Assembly (NCBI GenBank): GCA_951406725.2
Contig: OX597815.1
Coordinates: 31,992,001-32,056,000, forward strand
From: Octopus vulgaris
Lineage: Eukaryota
Length of the DNA: 64,000 nucleotides
Reading direction: 5' to 3'
Both the position numbers and the translations under genes were made by a program. A model generated the notes under the pieces. That model saw only the letters and a list, made by a program, of their open reading frames with translations, was not told the DNA's origin and did not search any database. Of this stretch, positions 25,164-39,354 are shown in pieces (positions within the stretch are counted from its first letter, which is position 1; each line of letters begins with the position of its first letter).

Positions 25164-25568
25164 CACACACATATATATAAATATACAAATATGTATATCT
25201 ATATCTATCTATATGTATGCATGTATGTATGTATGTATGTATGTATGTATGTATGTATGTATGTATGTATGTATGTATGTATGTATGTGTGTATATTAGC
25301 TAGACTCCTAAGTATAGCAAACAACTTAATAGAAAGAAGTGTTCTTGAAAGAAAACATTTTCTAGGGATAAATCATGAGTAATGGCAGCGTGACATCCCC
25401 CCCCCCATCCCAAGAGACTAACATTAATTCCTATTAATTCAGCTTGACACGTCGGCCGCATTTTGAAATCGACTTAATGAATATGTGCTAACTGTACGAG
25501 GAAACCTTGTTGCTAAACAGCTAATGAAATCAACACACAATATATATATATCTAAATATATATAGATA

Positions 25569-25653
<85 letters not shown>

Positions 25654-25656
25654 TAT

Positions 25657-25750
<94 letters not shown>

Positions 25751-25761
25751 CGATAAACGTT

Positions 25762-26055
25762 GCCCTTTTCAAGCCTAGCCAGACTCATGGGCCCGGTTTC
25801 CCGGTTTCTGTGGCGGATGTGTTCCCCCCAGCTGGACGGGACGCCAGTCCATCGCAGCGTTACTCAACAGGAAGAGAGAGTGAGAGAAAGTTGTGGCGAG
25901 AGAGTACAACAGGGGTCACCACTACCCCCTGCCAGAGCCTCGTAGAGCTTTTAGGTGTTTTCGCTCAATAAGCGCACACAACGGCCGGTCTGGGAATCGA
26001 AACCGTGATCCTCCGACCGCAAGTCCGCTGCCCTAACCACTGGGCCATTGCGCCT

Positions 26056-26058
<3 letters not shown>
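25762..26058 (-). mobile_element. SINE family C with the family D tail
   Basis: Head ggaggcgcaatggcccagtggttagggcagcggac. The tail gcgatggactggcgtcccgtccagctggg is shared with 41405-41662. Confidence 0.85.
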
Positions 26059-26098
<40 letters not shown>

Positions 26099-26256
26099 TA
26101 CATACATACATGCATACATACATATATATATATGTACACACATACACACACACACACACATATATATATATGAAGATTAGTGTAATATATGGAAGTGTTT
26201 GTGTGTGAGTGTGTATAGGGAGAGTATGTATGTGTGCATATACATACATACACATG

Positions 26257-26340
<84 letters not shown>

Positions 26341-27477
26341 AACACATACACAAAGACGCACACACACAAATCAGCCGATTGGCTGAGTCGTCAGAATGTT
26401 GGATAGATTGTTTTGCGGTATTGACAACGGCTCTCTACATTGCTTTTTCTTACATTTGGGATAAATAAATATAGTATCGGTCTGTTTTATATCCTGAGTT
26501 CAAATCCGACCAAATCAAATATCACGTCATAATCCCTCTCCGCAAATTCTGGTCTTGTGCCTATGTTAAAAAAAAAATCTTTATAATAGTATTCGCAGAG
26601 TCGGTAGAGTATCGGACAAAAATGCTTTGCAGTATTTAAACAATAAATTTTTTTTTTTAATTGTGAGTTCAATTTTACATTGTGAGATCAATGTCGACTT
26701 GACCTTTGCCTATTAGCGAATGATAAAATAAATGTATTAGACCCTGGTTCTCGGCTTAAAACCAATCCTAATTATTATTCCACTAATAAGGGCAGTAGAT
26801 TAGTAAAATGAGTAGAGTGCTAGATAAAATGTCATGGGACTTTTAGTTACGACCCTTAACACTTTCAGTTCAAATACTGCCAAGGTTAGCTTTACCTTTC
26901 GTCCTTCCAATGTCAGTAAAATAAAATACCAATTTAGTACTGGAGCAGATTGATTTCATCGACTAATCCCTCCCCCAAATGACTGGCCTTGAGCCTAAAT
27001 TAGAGCGTTTTGGTTTTGTATTGATATTCTGATCATTATAAACATGACATACTTTTGTTTTAGCATGTATGTTGAATATGTTTCTATAAGGCAGTAATTT
27101 CACATTATATTAACGTCAAAAGTGTGCCTCCATTATGAGATAATCATTAAATTTCTATAATGCTAATCTTTAGATTAAGGCAAATATAATCAATCGGACT
27201 GAAAACTGCTGGCACTTTATCGAAGAGATGAAAAACAAAATCGACGAACCAGCGAGGGTACCTCTATGTGGTCATTCACTCTGCTGGAAATAACAGCTAA
27301 AGTTTCCTCAAATGACACTCTACCGTCTTTTAAAAAAGGCTTAGATTCTATATATTGAAAATATGGTGGGATGCTCATAAAGGAAACGTTCTTGATCATA
27401 ATTCAGCTTGGTGAAAGCTGCCTGTGAACATCAACAAGGTTCGGCCGACCTTCTGATCTTGAAAGTTACAGGGATGT

Positions 27478-27866
27478 AAATAGCTTGCTAACCAACCACA
27501 TGGTTCCAGGTTCAGTCCCACTGCGTGGCACCTTGGGCAAGTGTCTTCTGCTATAGCCCCGGGCCGACCAATGCCTTGTGAGTGGATTTGGTAGACGGAA
27601 ACTGAAAGAAGCCCGTCGTATATATGTATATATATGTGTGTGTGCGTGTATGTTTGTGTGTCTGTGTTTGTCCCCCTAGCATTGCTTGACAACCGATGCT
27701 GGTGTGTTTACGTCCCCGTTACTTAGCGGTTCGGCAAAAGAGACCGATAGAATAAGTACTGGGCTTACAAAAGAATAAGTCCCGGGGTCGATTTGCTCGA
27801 TTAAAGGCGGTGCTCCAGCATGGCCGCAGTCAAATGACTGAAACAAGTAAAAGAGTAAAGAGTAAA
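27478..27866 (+). mobile_element. SINE family B (5'-clipped)
   Basis: High identity to the other family B copies. Confidence 0.9.
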
Positions 27867-29719
27867 TGATTCACACTACCGTTACCGCCATTGCACTGAT
27901 CTCGTATTTCTGTAGTGTTCATCTCTTAATATCTTAACACTAAACCTAAAATTTATAAGAGAACCTTAGTTGTATGAACCGATCCCATCAGATGTCTGAT
28001 TCTTATTATATGCCCCTGAATGTACGAAAAGGCAAGTTAATCCCGATATAATTTGAACTTCAGAAGCAGTAAGGAAAACCTAAATACTGTATGGAGTCAC
28101 CAATTGACCCTTAATCTTTATTTCGTACTCAATTTCTAATGAGCTGGTTCTGCAAGCAGAATCCGCCAGCCAGTTTCAGTTTCTGGTTGTGCAATTTTAA
28201 TAAGTCTACACTAATACTTTAAAGAGAGGCATGGACGTGACAACAGCTCATCCACCTCCTCTGTAAATGCCTCTCATTGAAAAGCAAAAACAAAGAAAAG
28301 TCCTCAAAAGCAATAATCGTTAATTTTTATACCGAGTTCTCGAGCTGAATTCACGAGCTGGTTTCGAAACCTGATTGAATCCTTTTTGTTTATTTTATAT
28401 TGCTAATGACATTAAAAAAGATATAAAGGTCAGGGAATCTACGAATTTAATTCTAAAACATTCAAGTTTGTAACTCACTTACTCAATAAGCAATTAATTA
28501 TAAAAGTTATCAAATGTCTCAAAATGTGGTAGATGGCTGGCAAAACACGTTAAACAGAAGACAAACCACCACGAGTTATTTTGTCGAATCCTTTTATGTT
28601 CTGAGTTCAAATCCAGCCCACGTTGACTTGTTCTCTCATTTTACCGAGGTCGATGCATTTAGTGTCATTCTGAGGTAACTGTAATCAACTACACACCCAA
28701 AAGACGGTGCTCCAGCATGACTGAAAGCAGTAAAAGAATAAAAATAAACCAGCCTTGAGATTGTGAATCTTATAAGGTACCGTAAATGGGCATTTTACAA
28801 GGTCCCCATTTACGGCACCTGATAAACGATTTTATAGGATCCTTTTTTTATAAGGACATGATGGACAGAAATGAAATTGCTAGACACTCGAGAATTGAAA
28901 CCGAATACGCGATCGTTTCGACCAGATCCTACTGCTTGTCTAGACGTCCATCACAGAAAAACCATAAAACATATTCCAATCGATATTTGGCTTCTCCTCT
29001 ATGATAAGTAATTGCTTCACAGCGTCTACAGTTTTCCAATAAGAAAAGCCGGATACTCGTCAAACCGGATATAAGCTAGAGGAAGAAATAAACAAGCTTT
29101 TTAACTTGCAATTTCCACATTCTCTCCATCCATCTTACATATCCGTATCTGATTAATCGACTTAGATTTCCATGGGGTTTTTTTTTTATCTATTATTATT
29201 TTATTTTATTTTTTATTGATTGATTTATTGATTGATTGATAGTTCAGTGATGATGCTGAGTTTTTATTATATCTTTAGATCTATTGCTGTCTAAGGTATA
29301 AACAACTTTGGTAAAAACGAGATTATTTTTTACGGTTTGAAATAAAAACATCTGATAGTAGTGACATCTGGAGGTGGTGGTGGTGGTGGTGGTGGTAGTA
29401 GTAGTAGCCGCAGCAGCAGTAGTTGTTGTTGTTGTTGTTGCCGCTGATGTTTTGTCGCCATCGATGTTGTTGTTGTTGTCTGACACCAGATCAGACATCA
29501 AGCAGACTTGTAAACAAAAGACGTTCTAACCGTGACTGACCGATTGTTTTTCTTGAGTATGTGTGGTGGAGGTGTGTGTGTGTGTGTGTGTGTAATGGGG
29601 GAGTTTGTGTTTGTGGTGGGGAGTGTGTGCGTGTGAGTGGTGTGTGTGTGTGTGTATGTGTATGTGTGTGTGTATGTGTGTTTGTGTTTCCCCAAACGTG
29701 TTTATCTAGATTTCTATTA

Positions 29720-30166
29720 CTTTACTTTTACTAGTTTCAGTCATTTGACTGCGGCCATGCTGGAGCACCGCCTTTTGTCGAACAAATCGACCCCGGGACT
29801 TATTCTTTGTAAGCCCAGTACTTATTCTATCGGTCTCTTTTGCCGAACCGCTAAGTGACGGGGACGTAAACACACCAGCGTCGGCTGTCAAGCAATGCTA
29901 GGGGGACAAACACAGACACACGCATTTTAATAACTGAAACAAGTGAAAAGATAAAAGAAAAAGGAAAAAGATAACGTAGTCGTGGCTGTGTGGTAAGAAG
30001 CTTACCTCCCTACCACATGGTTCGGGGTTCAGTATCACAGCGTGGCACCTTGGACAAGTGTCTTCTGCTATAGCCTCGGGCCGACCAAGACTTGTGAGTG
30101 GATCTGGTAGACGGAAACTGAAAGAAGCCCGTCGTATAATGTGTGTATGTGTGTGTGTATGTGTGT

Positions 30167-30203
<37 letters not shown>

Positions 30204-30470
30204 TGTGTGTCTTTGTGTGTGAGTGTATCTTTGTGTGTGAGTGTATCTTTGTGTGTGTGTGTATCTTTGTGTGAGTGTTTATTCCACGACTACCACTACC
30301 ACGGCTTGACAACCGTGGCTGGTGTGTCTACGTCCCAGTGATTTAGCGGTTCAGCAAAAGCGAACAATAAGGTATCAAGCTTTAAAAAAGTAAGTACTTG
30401 AGTCGTCAAGGCGGTGCCCCAGCATGGCCGCAGTCTAATGACTGAAACAAGTAAAAGAGTAAAAGATAAA
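29720..30470. mobile_element. Two oppositely oriented SINE family B copies (29720-29920 minus, 29978-30470 plus)
   Basis: Both match the family B body and tail. Confidence 0.85.
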
Positions 30471-30889
30471 TGATAAAAGTTTTTTAAGGGATGGAAATGG
30501 AGGGGATACGCGGGGAGAGCTTTAGATGTAACACATGATACGCTGTCCATGGGTAAATGGAAAACAAAATTAAAAGTCGGCCATTGTGTAAAGAAATTGC
30601 TGGTGGTCCCCGAGGAAATGGACAGACTCCAGATCTCAGAAGTTTGTTTATCAGCTAGAATCATTTAATCCAGATGTAGATTTATCTCTCATCGTTTCAA
30701 TTAGATGAAACTAAAAATATGCATCAGCTGCTAGAGATCCGGTGTCTAAGGAAATTTTTGTAACGATCTATTTAAGTTGCCGCAAGAACAACGATAACAG
30801 TCATATGACTTCATAGAACGTTATACTGTAATACAATCCGAAATATCATTCACTAGAACTCCCCCAAATGAAGCAATACAATATAAGGC

Positions 30890-30933
30890 GTTTTGTATGT
30901 ATGTGTGCATGTAAATATGTGTCTATGTATGCT

Positions 30934-30965
<32 letters not shown>

Positions 30966-30987
30966 TGTATGTATGTATGTATGTATG

Positions 30988-31018
<31 letters not shown>

Positions 31019-31500
31019 GCATGTGTGTAAGTATGTATGCATGTATGTATGTATATGTGTATGTATGCATATATGTATTTGTATGTGTATGTATGCATGT
31101 ATGTATGTATGCATGTGTGTATGTATGTATGTATGTATGTATGTATGCATGCATGTATGTATGTATGTATGTATGTATGTATGTATGTATGTATGTATGT
31201 ATGTGTATGTGTATGTCTGCATGTATATATGTATTTGCATGTATGTGTATGCATGCATGTATGTATGTATGTATGCATGCATGTATGTATGTATGTATGT
31301 ATGTATGTATGTATGTATGTATGTATGTATGTATGCATGTGTGTATGCATGTATGCATGTATGTATGCATGTATGTATGCATGTATGTATGTATATATGT
31401 ATGTATGCATGTATGTATGTATGTATGTATGTATGTGTATGTGTATGTGTATGTCTGCATGTATATATGTATTTGTATGTATATGTATGCATGTATGTAT
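30890..31500. repeat. About 600-bp degenerate (TATG)n array
   Basis: Directly visible. Confidence 0.95.
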
Positions 31501-31501
31501 G

Positions 31502-31825
31502 TTATTCAATTTATTTCAAGGCTTCTTGCCAATTTCTAACCTAGATCCAAGGTTCCTTCACTGAGATGTCAACATCAGCAGAGCATTTTTGCATCTATGT
31601 GTGTATATGTGCAGTGCACATATGTACTTAAATAATAAACTTGCGGTAGGTTTTCAAAATGTTTACTGTTCCAGTGATGGCTTGGATCTGTAGTCTTCGA
31701 ATCCGCTTTCTGATATTTGGTTTTGAGAAGCCAACTTTCTCAAGATTGGTACTTAGGAAGTGTGTTACATATCCCAGTGCCCCAATAAATACAGGTATAA
31801 ACCTGAACCTGTAATCATCTTGCAA
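31502..31825 (-). mobile_element. R4/Dong-like LINE 3' end (restriction-like endonuclease C-terminus plus 3'UTR)
   Basis: Translates as YRFRFIPVFIGALG..LEKVGF..IRRLQIQAITGTVNILK, the P-x-x-I-G-A-L-G and Q..A..GT..I pattern of RLE-type LINE ends. AATAAA and (ATAC)n follow. Confidence 0.75.
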
Positions 31826-33077
31826 CAAAATTTTTTTTTTAATTGAGAGAGTTCCTGATGTTTGTAAATATGTGGTTGAGTTGGTGTATGTATGTATGCA
31901 TGTATGTATGTATGTATGTATGTATGTATGTATGTATGTATGTATGTATGTATGTATGTATGTATGTATGTATGTATTGAATTAGAAGCAGCTCTGGACA
32001 ATGTAAACGTTATTGATGTCACATACTTAATGTGTGTGATTTGTTTATGTGCTTATTGGCTGCGGGATACGTCCAAGGAAAAGTCCCTTTAAGTCAATTT
32101 CTTTATTAACCATAAGGTTGAGAAAAGGAGGGGGCGATACGAGGACAGACAAACAAACATTGGGGTCAGGGTATCGAATGAGACGAAACGTATGAATAAA
32201 CAAACAATTAAAATATATACAATTTAATGAGAATGAGTGATTTACAAAAAATGAAGCGGAGGACGCGGTAGACCACACAAACCACATACTCAGACTGAAG
32301 TCTTTGCTTTCTCTTTTTATATTCTCGTTTAAACAGGTTCTTTCACTCGCAACATACTTGCTATAGACTTTCATCGTTTACGAAACACACTTTGCGACAG
32401 CCATTTTTTTCTCCAGCCTTATTTTCCGTTTCATGTGGAAAACGAAAAAGTCGATTAGCTCGAGACTGGAGATGAACATGCCTGATCGCGAATATCAAAA
32501 TCCATGAATATCTCAAGCCACACGAAACGGATCGCCCCGTCGGTGAACGAACTGTTATTTCAGCTCGTCGGCATCGTACACACGAGTCATGTGGAAACGA
32601 ATTCGAATCGCTGCTCTGCGGTATATATGCAGACAATGTAAAAATGTGGATGCGCGTGGCTTAGTGGTTAGGATGTTGGACCCCGAACCGTGGGGTTGGG
32701 AAGCAAGCTTTTTACCACACAGCCACTCCTGCGCCTATGTATGTATATATATCATCATCATCAACATCAAGTGATTTAAATCCGGGTTTTGTCCTCGTTA
32801 ACGCGGGTGGCCGGATCTACCTCAATGCCATAGCAAGCGAGGTAGGCAGGTGCTGCCCACCCCAATGTTTGGTCTGGGTGGCCGGCTGGTACCCATTCTC
32901 CTTTGCTACCATGAGGCATTTTGGACCTGGCTTTCCTACGGGGAGCATGCCTTTGCTTACCCCCAACTTCAGTTTCTCGCCATGAGTGGTCCCGAGACCA
33001 AGGCCTCTAGCACAATTATATTTATATATATATACACACACACACCCACCCACCCCACACACACACACACATATATA

Positions 33078-33365
33078 TCACCGTGATCACCGTGACCGAC
33101 CAGGCAATCAGATGTTGCTACACATCGCTGGTCACAATGCGCTTCGCATTGTTTTAGCCTTCAAATGACGCCACCCCGCTGGCTAAGTGAGCGGACCAAC
33201 AGAAGAAAGAGTGAGAGCAAGTTGTGGCGAAAAGGGTACAGCAGGGATCGCCACCACCTCCTGCCGGACCCTTTAGGTGTTTTCGCACAATAAACACTCA
33301 CAACGCCTGGTCTGGGAATCGAAACCGTAAGTGAGCTGTCCTAACCACTGGGTCATTGCGTCTCC

Positions 33366-33367
<2 letters not shown>
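33078..33367 (-). mobile_element. SINE family C with an alternative tail
   Basis: Same head and middle as 25870-26058. The tail matches the solitary fragment at 43041-43150 (+). Confidence 0.8.
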
Positions 33368-33424
<57 letters not shown>

Positions 33425-33433
<9 letters not shown>

Positions 33434-33598
33434 AATAAATAAAATATATGCATACATACATACATATATGTACGTACCTACATCTACATGAATATATACA
33501 TGCATATATATATATATATATATATATGTATAATAAATAAAATATATGCATACATACATACATATATGTACGTACCTACATCTACATGAATATATACA

Positions 33599-33605
<7 letters not shown>
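33425..33605. repeat. About 98-bp tandem duplication inside (TA)n
   Basis: gtataataaataaaatatatgcatac..gtacctacatctacatgaatatatacatgc occurs twice. Confidence 0.85.
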
Positions 33606-33649
<44 letters not shown>

Positions 33650-33654
<5 letters not shown>

Positions 33655-33791
33655 TACAGGACACCACAAATAAACGTAGAACTGAACGAGAAACGAAAAC
33701 ATAAAAACAAACTAGGGAACAGACAACGAAAAAACAGAGTACAAGACAAACAATACAAGGAATATTCCCCTTCATCAGCTGTCCCTGGTTC

Positions 33792-33795
<4 letters not shown>
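33650..33795 (-). mobile_element. Short cassette in (TA)n, possibly Penelope-related
   Basis: gtacaggaca and (c/a)gatgaaggg motifs are shared with 23230-23435. (TA)n lies on both sides. Confidence 0.4.
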
Positions 33796-33842
<47 letters not shown>

Positions 33843-34090
33843 TATATATATATATAATGATTCACAATCAAGGTGCAAAAATGGTGTATTCCGAATAAAC
33901 AAAGTAATGTAATCCGATGGTAGAAAGACTTCTGCGAATTATGTACTCCAAAGTCACTCGGATATATATATATACATATATATATACATATATATATATA
34001 TATATGCGCATACATGTATGTATACACACGTGTATGTTTGTATGTACCCGCGTATGTGTATATGGATGTATGTAATATGTACATACAATA

Positions 34091-34492
34091 AGGCATTGAG
34101 CTGGCAGAAACGTTAGCACGCCGGGCGAACTGCTTAGCGGTATTTCGTCTGCCGCTACGTTCTGAGTTCAAATTCTGCTGAGGTCGACTTTGTCTTTCAT
34201 CTTTTCGGGGTCGATAAATTAAGTACCAGTTACGCACTGGGATCGCTGTAATCGACTTAATCCGTTTGTCTGTCCTTGTTTGTCCTCTGTATGTTTAGCC
34301 CCTTGTGGGTAGTAAAGAAATAGGTATTTTGTCTGCCGTTACGTTCTGAGTTCAAATTCCGCCGAGGTCGACTTTGCCTTTCATCCTTTCGGAGTCGATA
34401 AATTAAGTACCAGTCGCGTACTGGAGTCGATGTAATCGACTAGCCCCCTCCCACCCGAAATTTCGGGCTCTTGTGCCTAGAGCAGAGAAGAA
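34091..34492 (+). mobile_element. SINE family A dimer (head-body-tail1-body-tail2)
   Basis: Junction aaagaaata|ggtattt at about 34322. Confidence 0.9.
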
Positions 34493-34504
34493 TACATACA
34501 TACA

Positions 34505-34928
34505 TAGGCGCAGGAGTGGCTGTGTGGTAAGTAGCTTGCTAACCAACCACATGGTTCCGGGTTCAGTCCCACTGCGTGGCATCTTGGGCAAGTGTCTTCT
34601 GCTATAGCCCCGGGCCGACCAATGCCTCGTGAGTGGATTTGGTAGACGGAAACTGAAAGAAGCCTGTCGTATATATGTATATATATATATATAAGTGTGT
34701 GTGTGTATATGTTTGTGTGTCTGTGTTTGTCCCCCTAGCATTGCTTGACAACCGATGCTGGTGTGTTTACCTCCCCGTCACTTAGCGGTTCGGCAAAAGA
34801 GACCGATAGGATAAGTACTGGGCTTACAAAGGATAAGTCCCGGTGTCGATTTGTTCGACTAAAGGCGGTGCTCCAGCATGACCGCAGTCAAATGACTGAA
34901 ACAAGTAAAAGAGTAAAGAGTAAAAGAG
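34505..34928 (+). mobile_element. SINE family B, full length
   Basis: Complete head, internal microsatellite and tail. Confidence 0.9.
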
Positions 34929-35677
34929 TATACATATACATACTTGCATGCACACGCACGTGTGTGTATATATGTTTTAAAAAGTCCTTTTTTTTTTTTT
35001 AGAGAGAAATAAATTGGTTATGTCAGTTCTTGTAGTTTGGAAACTGTAAACAGTAATTGCCGAGACAAATGTGTAACAACAACAGCAACAACAACAGCAG
35101 CAAAACAGCTACAATACTCCGCTCCAGCCCACCCCTAACCGTCACGAAGCAATCCTTAAGAAACTCAGCACTGGAAGTTAGTAATTTAGAATAAAATGTC
35201 TTTAAAAGACAGCTCAGCTATTTTGATGTCATTGTAAAGAATTATTAATGTTATTGTTAATATTATCATGATTATTATCACGAAAATTATTATTATAGTA
35301 CCAATGTCAAAAACAAACAACATAAAAAATCAGTCTCCTAGGGTAGTGCTATTACTTTTGTTGTTGTTAGTGGTGGTGTTTTATCTTTTTAAGACAATTT
35401 TATTGGTAATCTAAAAAAAAAAAAGAAAGAAGAAGAAGAAGAAGAAGAAGAAGAAGAAGAGGAGGATGAGGAGGAGGAGGGGAAGGAGTAAAAACAACAA
35501 CAGCAACAAAACTAAACTAAAATTAATGGAAATAGAAAAATTCTTTAGAATGACACACACCTCTCCTATTTTTTTTTTTTTCCTCTATTATCTTCAATTC
35601 CAATCTAAGCTCTCTCTTCCCCCCTCTCTCTCTCTCTCTCCCCACACACACACATACACACATACACACACATCTTT

Positions 35678-35804
<127 letters not shown>

Positions 35805-36634
35805 TTCTTCCAACTTCTACCTTATTGTTATTAGTGGTAATATACTTTTCCTAGTTTTGTTAATGCAACCTCCTCGTAAAAGTGTCACAGTTCAACACAC
35901 ATTGAATGTCTCTATCTCTATTAGCATCAGATTACCATCGCAAACACACAGCCATGTTCCGTCTCCAATAACACGGAATCGGTCGTAAACTACATTCTCA
36001 TGACAGGACAGCTAGCTATTTTTTTTTGTTTTGCTTTTGTTTTTGTTTTTGTTTTTGTTTCGTTTTCTCTTGTTGTCGTTTTTGTAATCATCCCCGAAGA
36101 AAAGAAAATTTCTTCATCATTTTATAAACAGTCAAAAGTCGAGCGAGCTGTACCAAACCACGGAGGAGAAGACAGAATTGGAAAAAGAGAAAGAGAAGGA
36201 AGTGGGGGAGAGATTGAGTGATGGAACGAAACAGAAAAACAGACAGATAGAGAAAGAGGGAGTAGGGGGGGGGGAGCAAAAGAGAAAGCCTGAAAGAGGG
36301 CGAGACAGAAGAAGAGGAAAACGAGGTTGAAATGTATGGTAACTGGTGGAAGAATTTTGATGAAATTGACGAAAATGTTAAGCCGTCTGGAATCAAAACT
36401 AATAAATCCTCAGCTGAACTGACGACATGATTTCCATCAGTGATATATTAGTATCCCGGTCTTCTATTTTTATTATCATTATTATTATTATTATTATTAC
36501 TTTTATTTTTATTTTTATTCTTTTTTTTTTTTTAGAGGGAGATGGGGTCGGATGAGTTTCGTTTCCCCTTCTTTTCTAACCCCTTAAATCCCCATCCGAT
36601 ATGCTTTCAAAATAACTAGAACAGTTTTGGAAGG

Positions 36635-36737
<103 letters not shown>

Positions 36738-36764
36738 TATACATATATATATACATATATATGT

Positions 36765-36853
<89 letters not shown>

Positions 36854-36866
36854 TACATACATACAG

Positions 36867-36900
<34 letters not shown>

Positions 36901-38109
36901 GTGTCTGTGTGGATTTGCTTCCCACCTCCTCCTCTCCTGCCCCCACTTTTTTTTTTATCCTTTCGCCACGAACAAATACCGAAACCTAGCAGAAATATAT
37001 TCAGATTTATGCGACTCTGTCAGTGAAATTTACGAATATTTTTCAAATCTGGCTGTTTAGCTTACACCGCGCTATCTATCACCCACACTCCACTGTTTTT
37101 CCCAACTATCCAGCTTGATCTGACTTCCAGCTAAATCTTGCAACCCTTAACAATATCACGTGCATCTGTTCCAAGTAACACCACATCTGGGAAAGACAAA
37201 TAAAAGTAGAAACAAAAAAGAAAAACGAAACTGAAATGAAAAAATGATACAAAACAGGAAACAGTATTAAATAAAACTAATTGTTGGCATGGTTGCTTGG
37301 TTAAGAAGCTCATTTTGCAATCACGTGGTCTTGAGTTCAGTCCCACAGCGATGCACATTGGGCAAGTGTCTGCTATTATATCCCCGGGCCGACCGGTGCC
37401 TTGTGAGTGAATTCGGAAGACAGACAATGAGTGGAAGTATGTCGTGTGTGTATGTGTGTATGTGTATGTGTATGTGTGTATACAAATATACCTATATGTG
37501 TATGTGCATATGTATGTATGCATGTTTGTGTTTGTATGTGGCTATAAATTTTCTTTCGTTTCTATCACACACACTGCGTTAAATAAATCAACTTTGGATT
37601 TGCACAAAAACCTAAAAATGCTAATACTTTCTAAGAAAAGTTAATAAGTGAAAATAAAAACAAATAAAAATTTATTAAAAAAAAAACTGACACACATCCT
37701 CCAAATCGAATCAGTCAGTGGCACAGTAAAAATGTGTAAGATGTTCGAAAGATTCTTTAAAAGAATATATGAACGCATTTGGTTGTGTGCATCTACATAG
37801 ACACGTGTACAAAGTGATGATTCACGCGCGCTTGCACTCACACACACACACACACACGCATACACATACACACACACAGCTAAGCACTGGAGAGACATGT
37901 TCACACAGAACATAAATGTAGGTCCATACACCTATATATATGCACACTCTGTCTCAACCACATGTTTACAAACCCCGAGAATTGTCTTAACTCAAAAAAG
38001 CCTTGTCACTTTTTTAGCGATATCTAAATTCTGAAGAAGGTATTTCGATTTTTAGTGAGGAACAAACTTCATATTCATATAAGGAATTCATAGAATTACA
38101 GTAAAAATA

Positions 38110-38510
38110 ATCTTTTCTACTCTAGGCACAAGGCCCCGAAATTTTGAAGGAACAGGCTAGTCGATTAGGTCGACCCCGGTACGCAGCTAGTACTTAATTT
38201 ATCGACTCTGAAAGAATGAAAAGCAAAGTCGACCTCGGCGGAATTTGAACTCAGAACATAAAGACAGACGGAATACCTATTTCTTTACTACCCACAAGGG
38301 GCTAAACACAGAGAGGACAAACAAGGAGAGACAAAGGGATTAAGTCGATTATATCGACTCCAGTGCGTAACTGGTACTTATTTAATCGACCCCGAAAGGA
38401 TGAAAGGCAAAGTCAACTTCGGCGGAATTAGAACTCAGAACGTAACGGCAGACGAAATACGGCTACGCATTTCGCCCGGCCTGCTGACGTTTCTGCCAGC
38501 TCGCCGCCTT
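38110..38510 (-). mobile_element. SINE family A dimer (head-body-tail1-body-tail2)
   Basis: Same architecture as 34091-34492, with the junction at about 38277. Confidence 0.9.
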
Positions 38511-38607
38511 TTTACAATAAAATAATATACAATACAAACGTACTCAAACACACATACACACACACACACACACACATGCGCACGCACATACACACACGTA
38601 CTCACGC

Positions 38608-38645
<38 letters not shown>

Positions 38646-38873
38646 ACACACACATTTCATCGTAAGACCATGAAGTATCAGCTAGATTCTTATTACACGC
38701 ACCAGAGATGAAATTACGTTTGGCAAAATATCATGAAATTAGTGAAATACAATGTTTATAGATGTTAAAACAAAATGTGCAATATACATAGTGCGGAGCA
38801 GAGAAGAAAATAAATTATGAATGAGACTGTTGTAACACTGCGAGAAGCCTCCATGTATTCATTTCGAAAATAG

Positions 38874-38940
<67 letters not shown>

Positions 38941-39027
38941 AAAACCAGCTTGATGCTGTCCAAGCTTCGCCATTGTAGTATAATGAAGTGCTCTTTAATT
39001 ATATATTGTTCATGCTTCTTATATCAA

Positions 39028-39337
39028 TAACTGGCACTCCGTCGGTTACGACGACTAAAGTTCCAGTTGATCCAGTCAATGAAACGGCCTGCTTGTGAAA
39101 TTAACGTGCAAGTAGCTGAGCACTCCACAGGCACGTGTACCCTTAACGTAGTTCTCGGGGATATTCAGCGTGACACAGAGTGTGTGACAAGGCTGGCCCT
39201 TTGAATTACAGGTACAACTCATTTTTGCCAGTTGAATGGACTGAAGCAATGTGAACTAAAGTGTCTTGCTCAAGGACACAGCGCACCGCCGGTTTTCGAA
39301 TTCAGGACCTTACGATCGCGGGCCGAGTAGCCTAACC
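39028..39337 (-). mobile_element. SINE family D-related (third tail type)
   Basis: tgtgtccttgagcaagacac domain and a tRNA-like head on the minus strand. A partial relative lies at 5865-5960. Confidence 0.7.
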
Positions 39338-39354
39338 TTAACCACTATATTAAT

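Noticed and set aside
29244-29501. Minus-strand Thr/Ala/Asn-rich ORF and a possible C/D box pair (GTGATGA..CTGA)
   Set aside because: The ORF is mostly triplet repeats. No terminal stem or rRNA guide is recognisable for a snoRNA.
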